IMG/VR virus record: IMGVR_UViG_3300025502_000012
DNA: 64,000 nucleotides
Direction: 5' to 3' (one strand)
DNA from: an uncultured virus (IMG/VR IMGVR_UViG_3300025502_000012)
Taxonomy: Duplodnaviria; Heunggongvirae; Uroviricota; Caudoviricetes
The notes beneath the pieces were generated by a model. It worked only from the letters and a program-made list of their open reading frames with translations, was not told where the DNA came from and made no database searches. Below are positions 10,100-18,765 of this stretch, piece by piece (the first letter of the stretch is position 1; each line of letters opens with the position of its first letter). The position numbers and the translations under genes were made by a program.

Positions 10100-10636
10100 T
10101 TAAGCAAAAAAGTGTAGAGAGGCTTTAGCTTTCTTTTTTTTCTTAGCTTTAGGTTTAACCTTTTTAGTAGGTTCTTCCATCTTAATATTCTTTTGTAAAA
10201 ATTCTCTAAACTGATTTTTAAACTCACCATCTTCGCCAGGTTGTAAAGCTACATCATCATAATTATTATCCATAATAAGTTTATGTTTGATTGTAGTTTG
10301 TTTCTTTTCTTTTTGTATTCTTCTTATAAAAGCGTAATAGATGATTTGTGTAAAATAAGCGAAAGGATTAGAAGACTTTGCTGGATTGAAATTGTCTAGG
10401 TATTGTAAACAATTTTCTATACCATCGCTAACCATATCGTCCCTAAATGTATAGTTTATAAAATTAGGTCTATATGATAGGTGATTAGCAATTTTTAAAA
10501 AACAACTACCAATGTAATCTGACACTAGTGGTTTATCTGTCTTATTCTTAATCGCTTTATTTACTGCTTTCTTATAGGCTGTCATTGCCTCTAAAAATTC
10601 TTTGTTATTTACATAATGTTCTTTTTTTGCTGCCAT
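10100..10636 (-). CDS. gp55: Late-transcription sigma factor
   Basis: HYVNNKEF, NFINYT and NPFAYFTQIIYYAFIRRIQKEKKQ motifs. Confidence 0.95.
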   Translation of the reverse strand: MAAKKEHYVNNKEFLEAMTAYKKAVNKAIKNKTDKPLVSDYIGSCFLKIANHLSYRPNFINYTFRDDMVSDGIENCLQYLDNFNPAKSSNPFAYFTQIIYYAFIRRIQKEKKQTTIKHKLIMDNNYDDVALQPGEDGEFKNQFREFLQKNIKMEEPTKKVKPKAKKKKKAKASLHFFA

Positions 10637-10642
10637 ATTATT

Positions 10643-10671
10643 AATATACTATACTTTCTCTTAAAAGTCAA
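10643..10671 (-). promoter_or_regulatory. sigma70 promoter for gp55, probably leaderless
   Basis: TTGACT-17-TATATT, 6 nt before ATG 10636. Confidence 0.7.
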
Positions 10672-11221
10672 CCGTAATGCTAGGATCCATATCAAATATA
10701 TTCATATTGATACTAATGGCTGTCTTTCTATTTGTTGATTGTAGTAAAGGTGATCTATGAGGTATAAGTGAATTGAATAGTATAATATCTCCTTCTTTTG
10801 CATCTACATTGATTCGCTTATTCTCGTATAAATCATAAAATTCTGTAAGGCCTTCTTTGTTATTAATTTCTAGTAGATAAACAGCAAGTAGATTAGCGTT
10901 ATTGTGATAGTGCCAGCCATGTTTATCATTTTCATAATATTGTTGATACCATATATTAGAAACTTGTATATCTGATACCTTATAGAGTTCTCTAATATCT
11001 TCAAAAAAGGTCGTTTCATTTTTGATTAATTTGTAATATTCTCTGTCCATAGGATGCGTTTCTAGCATATAATCAGTCGCCGTCACAGCATAATTATTTT
11101 TAGCAATAGGAAACTTATCAGCACTATCAATATAGGACAGTATTTTATCTTTGATTTTACTATGATTTTTTAAGGAATAGACTAATATATTGCTATCAAA
11201 TTTTTTAAAGTTTTCATTCAT
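10661..11221 (-). CDS. 2OG-Fe(II) oxygenase-like protein
   Basis: WYQQY..HGWHYH...EGDIILFNSLIPHRS..RKTAISIN. Confidence 0.8.
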   Translation of the reverse strand: MNENFKKFDSNILVYSLKNHSKIKDKILSYIDSADKFPIAKNNYAVTATDYMLETHPMDREYYKLIKNETTFFEDIRELYKVSDIQVSNIWYQQYYENDKHGWHYHNNANLLAVYLLEINNKEGLTEFYDLYENKRINVDAKEGDIILFNSLIPHRSPLLQSTNRKTAISINMNIFDMDPSITVDF

Positions 11222-11228
11222 AATAACA

Positions 11229-11256
11229 TTGACTTTTACAACTTTCCGTATATAAT
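11229..11256 (+). promoter_or_regulatory. sigma70-like promoter oriented antisense to the uvsW operon
   Basis: TTGACT-16-TATAAT on the + strand; no + strand ORF downstream. Confidence 0.5.
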
Positions 11257-11293
11257 AGAGCGTGTTGAGCGATTATAGAGGTAATATAGAATA

Positions 11294-11722
11294 CTAGTGT
11301 AGCGTTCCATTATCATCATAATCATCAAGCTCTTCTTCTTCAAATATATCATTTAACTTTTCATTTTCTTTATTGGAAAACCTGACTCTTTCAAAGTCCT
11401 TTTTCTCAGGCACTTTTACCTCTTTATCATAAGCTTGTGCTACATGGTGATATGATTTTGTCATATCCGTGTTGGCATTTGTTATAGTTAATATCTTATC
11501 TTTTGGAATAGAAATAATATGATCTAGTGTGTAAGGTGTCCATTTAATAAGAGCTACATAATCTTTAAAACCACCAGGCGTAAGCTGTGGAACATACTTA
11601 ACATGCAATGGTTTTTCTAACCTCAATAAGGGTGACTTTTCAGTTAATTGTTCTTTAGGAAAAGAACATACTATATCATCACCATTAACTAACTTAACTA
11701 TTTTTATAGGTTGAGTAGTCAT
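11294..11722 (-). CDS. Conserved T4-like hypothetical protein downstream of uvsW
   Basis: IVKLVNGDDIV N-terminus typical of marine T4-like phage proteins; TAAATA late promoter upstream. Confidence 0.7.
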   Translation of the reverse strand: MTTQPIKIVKLVNGDDIVCSFPKEQLTEKSPLLRLEKPLHVKYVPQLTPGGFKDYVALIKWTPYTLDHIISIPKDKILTITNANTDMTKSYHHVAQAYDKEVKVPEKKDFERVRFSNKENEKLNDIFEEEELDDYDDNGTLH

Positions 11723-11726
11723 ATAA

Positions 11727-13208
11727 CTATTTAGTCAATTCAACATTGTGAATTTCGTAATTAAAATCCTCACTATTGTATATGCTTATTCTTTCTTTAA
11801 AATGTTGTAGCGTATAATTTGTTTTATCTTTATAAGATATATCATCAGCTATATCATATAGAGTGGCTGAGCTATTATCATCTTTTAGTCTTAAGCCACG
11901 ACCAATAGATTGTAAGTTTCTTATCCGTGACTTGCTAGGACTAGCAAAAATAATGTTATGCAAGTTCCGTATATTAATGCCCGTAGAGAAAGTCCCATAA
12001 CTTGCCACGATAATAGCGTTGTCAGACTTCTCTGTAATTTCTCTAATCTTTTCTCGTTCATCAGTTTCTACTCCACCATGTACATAAAAGACATTTTTAT
12101 CGGTAGCCTTTTCTTGTATCATTTCTAATAATTTTTTACCGTGCTTTTCTACATATTGAAACAAGCATAATGTATTACCATTTAAAGAAGACGCTAGATT
12201 TCTTATATACTTATTTCTCTTTTCATTAGATACCAAGTAGTCCATTTCTTCCTGGTATGTCTTGTCTTTCATAAAACTACGAGCTGTTTGATCGTGTTGT
12301 AATACTAAACACATAATTTTTAAATCAGCTAGTTTACCTGATTCCATTAGTTCACTTGTAGATACTACTTTGTTTACACTTCCAAATAAACCCTCTAATA
12401 CCAACTTGTGTGTTTTAGTTCCATCAAGTGTTCCTGTCAAACCGACTCGGTATTTACACTTTTCTAACTTCGTCATTAGTTTAGTTAATGACATAGCTTT
12501 AAATAGATGAGCTTCATCACCAATAATCATACCAAATTGGTCAAACCATTTCTTAGGTAAATTATAAACTGATTGCCAAGTAGATATAACTACTCTCTTA
12601 TTAGTTTCTTTTTCATGGCCAGAATATATCCTATGTACATTTCTTTCACTATTATAACCATAGTCTTTAAAGTCCTTAAATAACTGCTCTACAAGCGATG
12701 TAGTGGGCACTATAATCAGGATCTTGTCTTGTTTAGTATCTTTCAGTCGTAATAAATTAAATATCAACATGAGATAGACTATGAGAGATTTACCAGATGC
12801 TGTAGGCGATACAAGTAAACATCTATCTTTTTGTACTGAATATTTAAAAGCTTCTCTTTGATAATCTCTAACTTCAAAAGGAAGTTTAAGCGCTTTGATT
12901 AGTTCATCTAATTTTTTTTCATCTACCTTAGTGTCACCCATTTTAGTACCATCAACAACTTGAACATCATTGTCTTTACACCATTGTATTATGTACGGAT
13001 ATAAACCAGCATATATCTGTCCAGTGGCATATGAGAATAATCTAATCTTGCCGTCCCATACCCTATTACGGTATTGTGGCATAAACTTATACCCTGGTAC
13101 TTCAAAGGTAAAGTGTTGACCAAGCTCTCGTCTAATATCAGCGTCAGCTTCTATCTTCAGATATACTTCATTCTTCTTATCTATAATTAGGTATCGGACA
13201 ATTGACAT
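11727..13208 (-). CDS. uvsW: SF2 DNA helicase UvsW
   Basis: SPTASGKS, DEAH, TGT and QSIGRGLR motifs. Confidence 0.95.
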   Translation of the reverse strand: MSIVRYLIIDKKNEVYLKIEADADIRRELGQHFTFEVPGYKFMPQYRNRVWDGKIRLFSYATGQIYAGLYPYIIQWCKDNDVQVVDGTKMGDTKVDEKKLDELIKALKLPFEVRDYQREAFKYSVQKDRCLLVSPTASGKSLIVYLMLIFNLLRLKDTKQDKILIIVPTTSLVEQLFKDFKDYGYNSERNVHRIYSGHEKETNKRVVISTWQSVYNLPKKWFDQFGMIIGDEAHLFKAMSLTKLMTKLEKCKYRVGLTGTLDGTKTHKLVLEGLFGSVNKVVSTSELMESGKLADLKIMCLVLQHDQTARSFMKDKTYQEEMDYLVSNEKRNKYIRNLASSLNGNTLCLFQYVEKHGKKLLEMIQEKATDKNVFYVHGGVETDEREKIREITEKSDNAIIVASYGTFSTGINIRNLHNIIFASPSKSRIRNLQSIGRGLRLKDDNSSATLYDIADDISYKDKTNYTLQHFKERISIYNSEDFNYEIHNVELTK

Positions 13209-13214
13209 TATTAT

Positions 13215-13643
13215 TTAAATAGCGCCACTAGTGAATTTACGCCAATCAATAGCATTCTTTATTTGAAAACCACGATTTGATAATTGTCTGAGTGTTCTAT
13301 CTAAAAAATCTACTGTTGTCTGTAAGTAATCTACTTTTTGTTTGAGTTTTGCCAACTCCATATCTGAATCTAAATATTTGTCAATATCTGTTTTAAGTAA
13401 TTTAAAACTAAATGGTTTTTTCGCATATATACTTGGATCAGCTTTACCAGTATAGTATTCCCATTTTTCTCTTTTTAGTATATTGTATTCAGTATCACTA
13501 CGACTTAACATTAACTTGTATGTTGTTAAATGTTTTAAGTAGGTATTAAATATTTGTGGTGTTTTTAATGATTCTAAATCTAATTCAGTATCATTTATTT
13601 TAAGGTCTTTTGCGGCCTGTGTTTGTAGTTCTTCTAATGTCAT
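13215..13643 (-). CDS. uvsY: Recombination mediator UvsY
   Basis: C-terminal RGFQIKNAIDWRKFTSG; adjacent to uvsW. Confidence 0.9.
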   Translation of the reverse strand: MTLEELQTQAAKDLKINDTELDLESLKTPQIFNTYLKHLTTYKLMLSRSDTEYNILKREKWEYYTGKADPSIYAKKPFSFKLLKTDIDKYLDSDMELAKLKQKVDYLQTTVDFLDRTLRQLSNRGFQIKNAIDWRKFTSGAI

Positions 13644-14242
13644 AATATTTCAAAGTTGTATGCCAATGATATTTTTTGTTTGTTTGTTTTGTTTTGCTGT
13701 ACTCCGTGTTTCACATTGGACTTGAACATAACCAAAGTTCCAGCTTCTGGTTGAATACTCATTGTTGAATATGTATAAGGGTTGTCTTTATCAAATACAC
13801 TCTTTACACCTTTTGGTTCAGGCGAATAGAAGATTACATTACCTGTACCTTCTGGCGCAGTTAGATAATATATTATAGATATATCTGAATAATCTATATG
13901 GTCGTGTACTTCTTGGTAATCGTGTTTATCATAAATGTTAAACCAACCAGATACTTTTGTCTTAAATGGCTTTTGATTATAACCTATCATATTAGCATAT
14001 TGTTGTACTTCACTTATAATCCAATCATTAAGAGATTTAAATTTTACATTGTCCATTAAGTTATGTGTACCACAAGTATTATAAACATCACTATACCAAT
14101 TTTTACCACCTTGACTAGTTGTTTCTTGTACACTAATACATTCATCAACTAATAATTTTTCTATTTGATTGTGATTTGGATTTTTACTTATGTTAATCAC
14201 TGTAGGAAATAATGTAAGAGTTTTCATAATACTATTTATCAA
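13640..14242 (-). CDS. 2OG-Fe(II) oxygenase-like protein
   Basis: WFNIY..YQEVHDH...LVMFKSNVKHGV...KISLAYNF. Confidence 0.85.
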   Translation of the reverse strand: MINSIMKTLTLFPTVINISKNPNHNQIEKLLVDECISVQETTSQGGKNWYSDVYNTCGTHNLMDNVKFKSLNDWIISEVQQYANMIGYNQKPFKTKVSGWFNIYDKHDYQEVHDHIDYSDISIIYYLTAPEGTGNVIFYSPEPKGVKSVFDKDNPYTYSTMSIQPEAGTLVMFKSNVKHGVQQNKTNKQKISLAYNFEIL

Positions 14243-14847
14243 GCAAAAAATACTGCCTGACTTAATCTAAATTGATTGAAATTTTTATCATTGTTTATAG
14301 CGCAACCATGTAATAGTTTTTTTGCGTTAAATAATATCGCAGTATTAAATGGTGTATCTATGTGCTTCAATAGCTTAAAATTTTTCTTAGGTTGCCACGG
14401 AGCTATATGTTCATGTACCTCTGTTAGATATTTGGTTTCACCTTCATATAAATTCAACCCATTGTCTTCATTTTCATTATTTAAATAAACAAGTAAAGTA
14501 TATCCTTGATCGTAATGTGGCCACCAATAGTTTTCTTTATAATTATTAAAGTCACTAAAAAACCATTTCTGCATATTAGTTATAATATTACTATCAAAAT
14601 TTGTACATTTTTGTTTAGTAAAATTTTCAAAGTATCGTATCATATTTGTTAATCTATCACTATGACCACTATGTCGGCAATCTAAAAAATGTTTACCATT
14701 AAAAGTATTTCTATTTTCTTTGTGTAAATTTAATTGACTGTTTAGTAAATGCTCGTATATTACACTAGGGTGTTTGTAAAAGTTTAAAAATACATGAGCA
14801 ACTTCATCGCCTACTGGTATATCTACTCTTTGATTTATATTAAACAT
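14239..14847 (-). CDS. 2OG-Fe(II) oxygenase-like protein
   Basis: WPHYD...FNTAILFNAKKLLHG...RLSQAVFF. Confidence 0.75.
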   Translation of the reverse strand: MFNINQRVDIPVGDEVAHVFLNFYKHPSVIYEHLLNSQLNLHKENRNTFNGKHFLDCRHSGHSDRLTNMIRYFENFTKQKCTNFDSNIITNMQKWFFSDFNNYKENYWWPHYDQGYTLLVYLNNENEDNGLNLYEGETKYLTEVHEHIAPWQPKKNFKLLKHIDTPFNTAILFNAKKLLHGCAINNDKNFNQFRLSQAVFFA

Positions 14848-15368
14848 TAATAAGTTGATGTTATAGACCTTCTGGGTTGATAATATATATTAATAATTAC
14901 TCTAACATTTTCATCTGTTTGAGATACAGCTTTATGTTGTTCTCCATCAAATATTAATACACTATTTTTTATAGATGGTATTTTTATTTTTTCATCTAAC
15001 AATGTATAACCATTATTTGTATTTACATAATAAATCGCTACCTTCTGATTTATAAAATGATCTGCAGATAGTGGTTCAGAAAATACAGGTTGGGGATTTT
15101 TTAAATATAGATTTGCTCTAACTCTTAACAAATCCATATCTTTCATATCTTCTTTTTCTAATCTAGCTAGTATCGTATTATTGATACCTTTAAAGAGTTT
15201 ATCTTCTTCCATACCTCTGCGTTCATAAAAAACATGAGTAAAAAAGTGTGGCATGTAAAACCATGGAAACACAGGATCTGGATCAATAGGTTTTGGTGGA
15301 TTAATCATTACACTTTCTATCTCATCAGCTTGTTTTTGTGGTAAGTAATTTTCTATTATTTTATACAT
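14847..15368 (-). CDS. 2OG-Fe(II) oxygenase-like protein with degenerate HxD motif
   Basis: Paralogous to 15361..15867 (FPWF, RVRANLY, NTNNGYT, distal His) but the HxD position reads SAD. Confidence 0.65.
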   Translation of the reverse strand: MYKIIENYLPQKQADEIESVMINPPKPIDPDPVFPWFYMPHFFTHVFYERRGMEEDKLFKGINNTILARLEKEDMKDMDLLRVRANLYLKNPQPVFSEPLSADHFINQKVAIYYVNTNNGYTLLDEKIKIPSIKNSVLIFDGEQHKAVSQTDENVRVIINIYYQPRRSITSTY

Positions 15369-15867
15369 AATTTATATTAACATTCCATCTAGCTTTAGCA
15401 TTTGTACAAGATGTACTAGCATGGTTTTTACTAGCGTCAAAAAGAACAGCTCTATTTTCTATTGATTCTATTTTATCATAGTTTCCTTGTTCATCATATA
15501 GTAAAGTATTTCCATTACAAGTATTAAAAGATAATACACAAGCTTTATGTGACATTTCATAATCTATATGTGGGTGATGCATTTCAATTTTTTCTGTTTT
15601 AGGATATAAGTTTAATTTCATTCTTATTAAAGAAACAATTTTTAATCTATCTGATAGTATTTTAAATTGACGAAAGTAGTCGCTATAAAGCTGAGGCCAT
15701 CCTTCATAATCGTAAAGTATGTGTGTAAAATAAGAAGTATTGTCATCTAAAGTGTGGACGGCATTTATTTGAGGTTGAAAAAACCAAGGTACATCATACA
15801 TTACTAACTTTTGTAATCTTTTAAAATCTTCTACCGGTAAAAAATTATCTATTATTTTATAACTCAT
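15361..15867 (-). CDS. 2OG-Fe(II) oxygenase-like protein
   Basis: HPHID...ENRAVLFDASKNHAS...RWNVNINY. Confidence 0.8.
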   Translation of the reverse strand: MSYKIIDNFLPVEDFKRLQKLVMYDVPWFFQPQINAVHTLDDNTSYFTHILYDYEGWPQLYSDYFRQFKILSDRLKIVSLIRMKLNLYPKTEKIEMHHPHIDYEMSHKACVLSFNTCNGNTLLYDEQGNYDKIESIENRAVLFDASKNHASTSCTNAKARWNVNINYV

Positions 15868-16391
15868 AAATTCAAATTATTGTTAAACTTAAAATCACTA
15901 TTAAATGATATTATAGTTTTTCTTTCTCCTGTATTCTCTTTACTTCTATGTAGTACACTTGCTGGAAAAGTCAATAGTGAGCCTTCTCTAACTTCTAAAT
16001 CTATTATCTTTTTATCATAGTTGTCATATAATTGTGTAGCAAAACTTGTATCTGGTAATTCTACAAAGTATATGTTAGTGTAGTTAGTACCATTGTGATT
16101 GTGCCAGCAATGTTTATCACCCTTTTCATATTGTTGAAACCAGCTATTAGTAATATCAAAACCGTCAGCATGTAAATAGTTTACTAATTTTTTGTATGGA
16201 ATAGGTAATATATTTTCTAAAAAATATTTAAGATATGATGGGTTAGTTTTTTCTGGCCAATCAGTATTTGAAATATTATCAAATGACTTTTTGGGTAAGT
16301 CGTCTATTAAACTTAATAGTTTTTGTTTGTGAGATAAATGATCAGAAATATCATTTATAAAGATTTCATAATTTAAACTGTCAATTTTCAT
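15864..16391 (-). CDS. 2OG-Fe(II) oxygenase-like protein
   Basis: WFQQY..HCWHNH...EGSLLTFPASVLHRS..RKTIISFN. Confidence 0.8.
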   Translation of the reverse strand: MKIDSLNYEIFINDISDHLSHKQKLLSLIDDLPKKSFDNISNTDWPEKTNPSYLKYFLENILPIPYKKLVNYLHADGFDITNSWFQQYEKGDKHCWHNHNGTNYTNIYFVELPDTSFATQLYDNYDKKIIDLEVREGSLLTFPASVLHRSKENTGERKTIISFNSDFKFNNNLNL

Positions 16392-16407
16392 AATAAAAAA
16401 AGTATAA

Positions 16408-17034
16408 TTAAGTTGTCGTCACGCTAGCTCTACTTGCACTTGTTGTAGCAAAATCGTATATTTCATATTGAAAAGATACCGTTGCTGTTAGATAATCTAC
16501 ATCTGCCGCTTGTTGATTATATTGTAATCCAGTTAATCCAGTTGGAAACATATTTCTAAATCTTACTTCTAATGCTGAATTGTTTTTACTTGTTAGAATA
16601 GATAATGTTGCATCAGAATATACTCCACCAGTATTTGCTGGTCCGTATTTAACCTTACCTATTTCACTAGATACACTTTGATTTTTTGCTGGGAATCTAT
16701 CATTACCGGCTGAAACTAAATTTTGAAATTCGTTATAATCTCTCGGAAAACCTAATCCAACTAACCAGCCATGTATCTCTTGGAAGTTTTCTAAATTCTC
16801 ATCTACCATAAAAGTCATTTGTAGTGGCTCGTATGTTAACTTCTCGCCAGGAATTGGAATATCTTTAAATGGTGTAGGTTGTACCATATCAGCACCCAAT
16901 GTGACACCAGGTACATTTACTGCTGTACAAAAGTATTCTACTTTAGGTAATTTTGATATGTTAAATTTAAACTGAGTAGGACTAGCATAATCCAGTTTAG
17001 TAGGTTGGCGTGACAATGAGTTTACAACAGTCAT
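16408..17034 (-). CDS. gp3: Tail tube terminator / completion protein
   Basis: YASPTQFKF..LPKVEYFC, FMVDENLENFQEIHGWL; position after gp23. Confidence 0.85.
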   Translation of the reverse strand: MTVVNSLSRQPTKLDYASPTQFKFNISKLPKVEYFCTAVNVPGVTLGADMVQPTPFKDIPIPGEKLTYEPLQMTFMVDENLENFQEIHGWLVGLGFPRDYNEFQNLVSAGNDRFPAKNQSVSSEIGKVKYGPANTGGVYSDATLSILTSKNNSALEVRFRNMFPTGLTGLQYNQQAADVDYLTATVSFQYEIYDFATTSASRASVTTT

Positions 17035-17038
17035 AATA

Positions 17039-17290
17039 CTATTTATCCTTATCTTTATCTACTTGTTCCCAATCTTTTTCAGTGGCAAGTTTCTCTAGTT
17101 CTATTTCTTTTTGAGTAAGTATCTTTTTCTTTTCTTGTACTTTCTTTATTTCTTCGTCAATAAATTCTAGTCTATTTTTCTTCTCAGGAAACATTACTAA
17201 TACTATACTCAATATTACTAATACAATACCAAATATCCAAGCATATTGGGCTAGTATCTTCTTAAATCTTTTTGTTTCTTTCCTGTTCAT
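17039..17290 (-). CDS. Small membrane-anchored coiled-coil protein (start revised to ATG 17290)
   Basis: TATAAATA at 17296-17303 directly precedes ATG 17290; one TM helix; the upstream extension overlaps the gp23 terminator. Confidence 0.65.
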   Translation of the reverse strand: MNRKETKRFKKILAQYAWIFGIVLVILSIVLVMFPEKKNRLEFIDEEIKKVQEKKKILTQKEIELEKLATEKDWEQVDKDKDK

Positions 17291-17295
17291 ACTAC

Positions 17296-17303
17296 TATTT
17301 ATA
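17296..17303 (-). promoter_or_regulatory. T4-type late promoter
   Basis: TATAAATA. Confidence 0.8.
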
Positions 17304-17318
17304 ACGCTTAAAAAAGGC

Positions 17319-17344
17319 AAAAAAAGAGGCGCCGAAGCGCCTCT
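17319..17344 (-). terminator. Rho-independent terminator after gp23
   Basis: AGAGGCGC-TTCG-GCGCCTCT followed by a T run. Confidence 0.9.
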
Positions 17345-17368
17345 CTTTAGATATTTGGTAAACAAATA

Positions 17369-18742
17369 TTACATTAAGTTCGCAACTTGGACTCTTCTGT
17401 AGTATCTGTTAGAGTTTGCTGAACCAGCATCATTTACTGCAGTAGCAGCACCTGATTGAGCGCCAGTTTCCGCAAATGGGTTAGCCACTAAACCGTATCT
17501 AGTTTTGAAACCAATTTTCGGTTGGAAAGTGTCTTGTCCAACTGCTCTAACCATTTGTAAAGGTACATAAGGACAATAGAACATACCTGCATCGTAAGGT
17601 GAAGTTCCTTTGTATCCAACTACAAAGTACTGCTTAGCAGCAGAGTTTGCACTGTATGGATCAATATATACTTTAAATCTACCGTTAAGAACACCAGCAA
17701 AAGTATTACCAGTATCGTCAACATTTAGATTGTTATTAAGAGCAGGAGCGTAATCTAATACGCCAGCCATTTGTAGTGCAGATGCAACATCTGAAGAAGT
17801 AATAAGGATATTTCCTTTTCCTCTTCTTGTTCTTTGTGCAATAGTGTTAGCTTCTCTTTCTACTTGGAACATAAGTCCTTTGAATCTCTCAACTGACCAT
17901 CTACCATTTGAGTCTGTATCTAAATCAAATACACCCTCAGTAGTTGTGTTGATTGAACCAGAGTTAGCTGATGCGCCTTTTTCTGCATTGATGTAGATAG
18001 TTCTTACAACTTCTCTGTTGATTTCCGAAAGGATTTCAGCAGATAAAATGTTTGCAAGTTCTGTTTCTGCATCTAGACCATGGATTGCTTTTAAGTCTTG
18101 AGCAAGTTCCATAGTGTATTCAGCTTTAAGAGCTCTAGATCTAGCAGTCACTGTAGCTTTCTCAATTGAGAATGCCATTTCAGCAAAACTATTAGCTCCA
18201 GCATCACCTAATGCTTCAGCAGTTCCAGTAGTCATACCTTCAGTTTTTCTGAAAGCAGCTGCTGGAGAGTCATTTAGGACTGCAGGGTTAGTACCTGTTT
18301 GTCCACCATCACCTGAAACGCCTGAACCACCACCAGATTGACCAGTAGTTGAATCACCCGCAGCATTTCTACCAGAGAAATCAGTATCTGCTTCATCAAA
18401 CATAGCTTCTCCGCCACTTGCTGAAGTGTATCTGCTTCTCATAGCAAAAATAAGACCAGTAGGACCAGTCATAGGTTGTACGCCAGCGATATCGTAAGCG
18501 ATAAGGTTTGGCATTGCTCTTCTTACTAATGAAATTAAAATTGGATCCCAATTTGCTGTTCCACCAGTGTTATTTGTAGGTGCTGCTTCTGTCATAAAAG
18601 CTGCATCTTCTTTTTGTGCTCTTTCTTGGTTTTCCAAGATAGTAGCTGTAACGGCTCGTCTGTAAGAGTCAGTGATCTTAGGAAGATCGCTGTGTTCTAG
18701 GACAGGCTGCCATTTTTTTTCGTAAGTTTCAGATAAGTACAT
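17369..18742 (-). CDS. gp23: Major capsid protein
   Basis: QPMTGPTGLIFAMR, ALKAEYTMELAQDLKAIHGLDAE, FQPKIGFKTRYG. Confidence 0.98.
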   Translation of the reverse strand: MYLSETYEKKWQPVLEHSDLPKITDSYRRAVTATILENQERAQKEDAAFMTEAAPTNNTGGTANWDPILISLVRRAMPNLIAYDIAGVQPMTGPTGLIFAMRSRYTSASGGEAMFDEADTDFSGRNAAGDSTTGQSGGGSGVSGDGGQTGTNPAVLNDSPAAAFRKTEGMTTGTAEALGDAGANSFAEMAFSIEKATVTARSRALKAEYTMELAQDLKAIHGLDAETELANILSAEILSEINREVVRTIYINAEKGASANSGSINTTTEGVFDLDTDSNGRWSVERFKGLMFQVEREANTIAQRTRRGKGNILITSSDVASALQMAGVLDYAPALNNNLNVDDTGNTFAGVLNGRFKVYIDPYSANSAAKQYFVVGYKGTSPYDAGMFYCPYVPLQMVRAVGQDTFQPKIGFKTRYGLVANPFAETGAQSGAATAVNDAGSANSNRYYRRVQVANLM

Positions 18743-18765
18743 TATACTTTTCTCCCTCTATATTA

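Noticed and set aside
17291..17365. N-terminal extension of the 108-aa ORF
   Set aside because: It runs through the gp23 terminator and a late promoter; ATG 17290 is the better start
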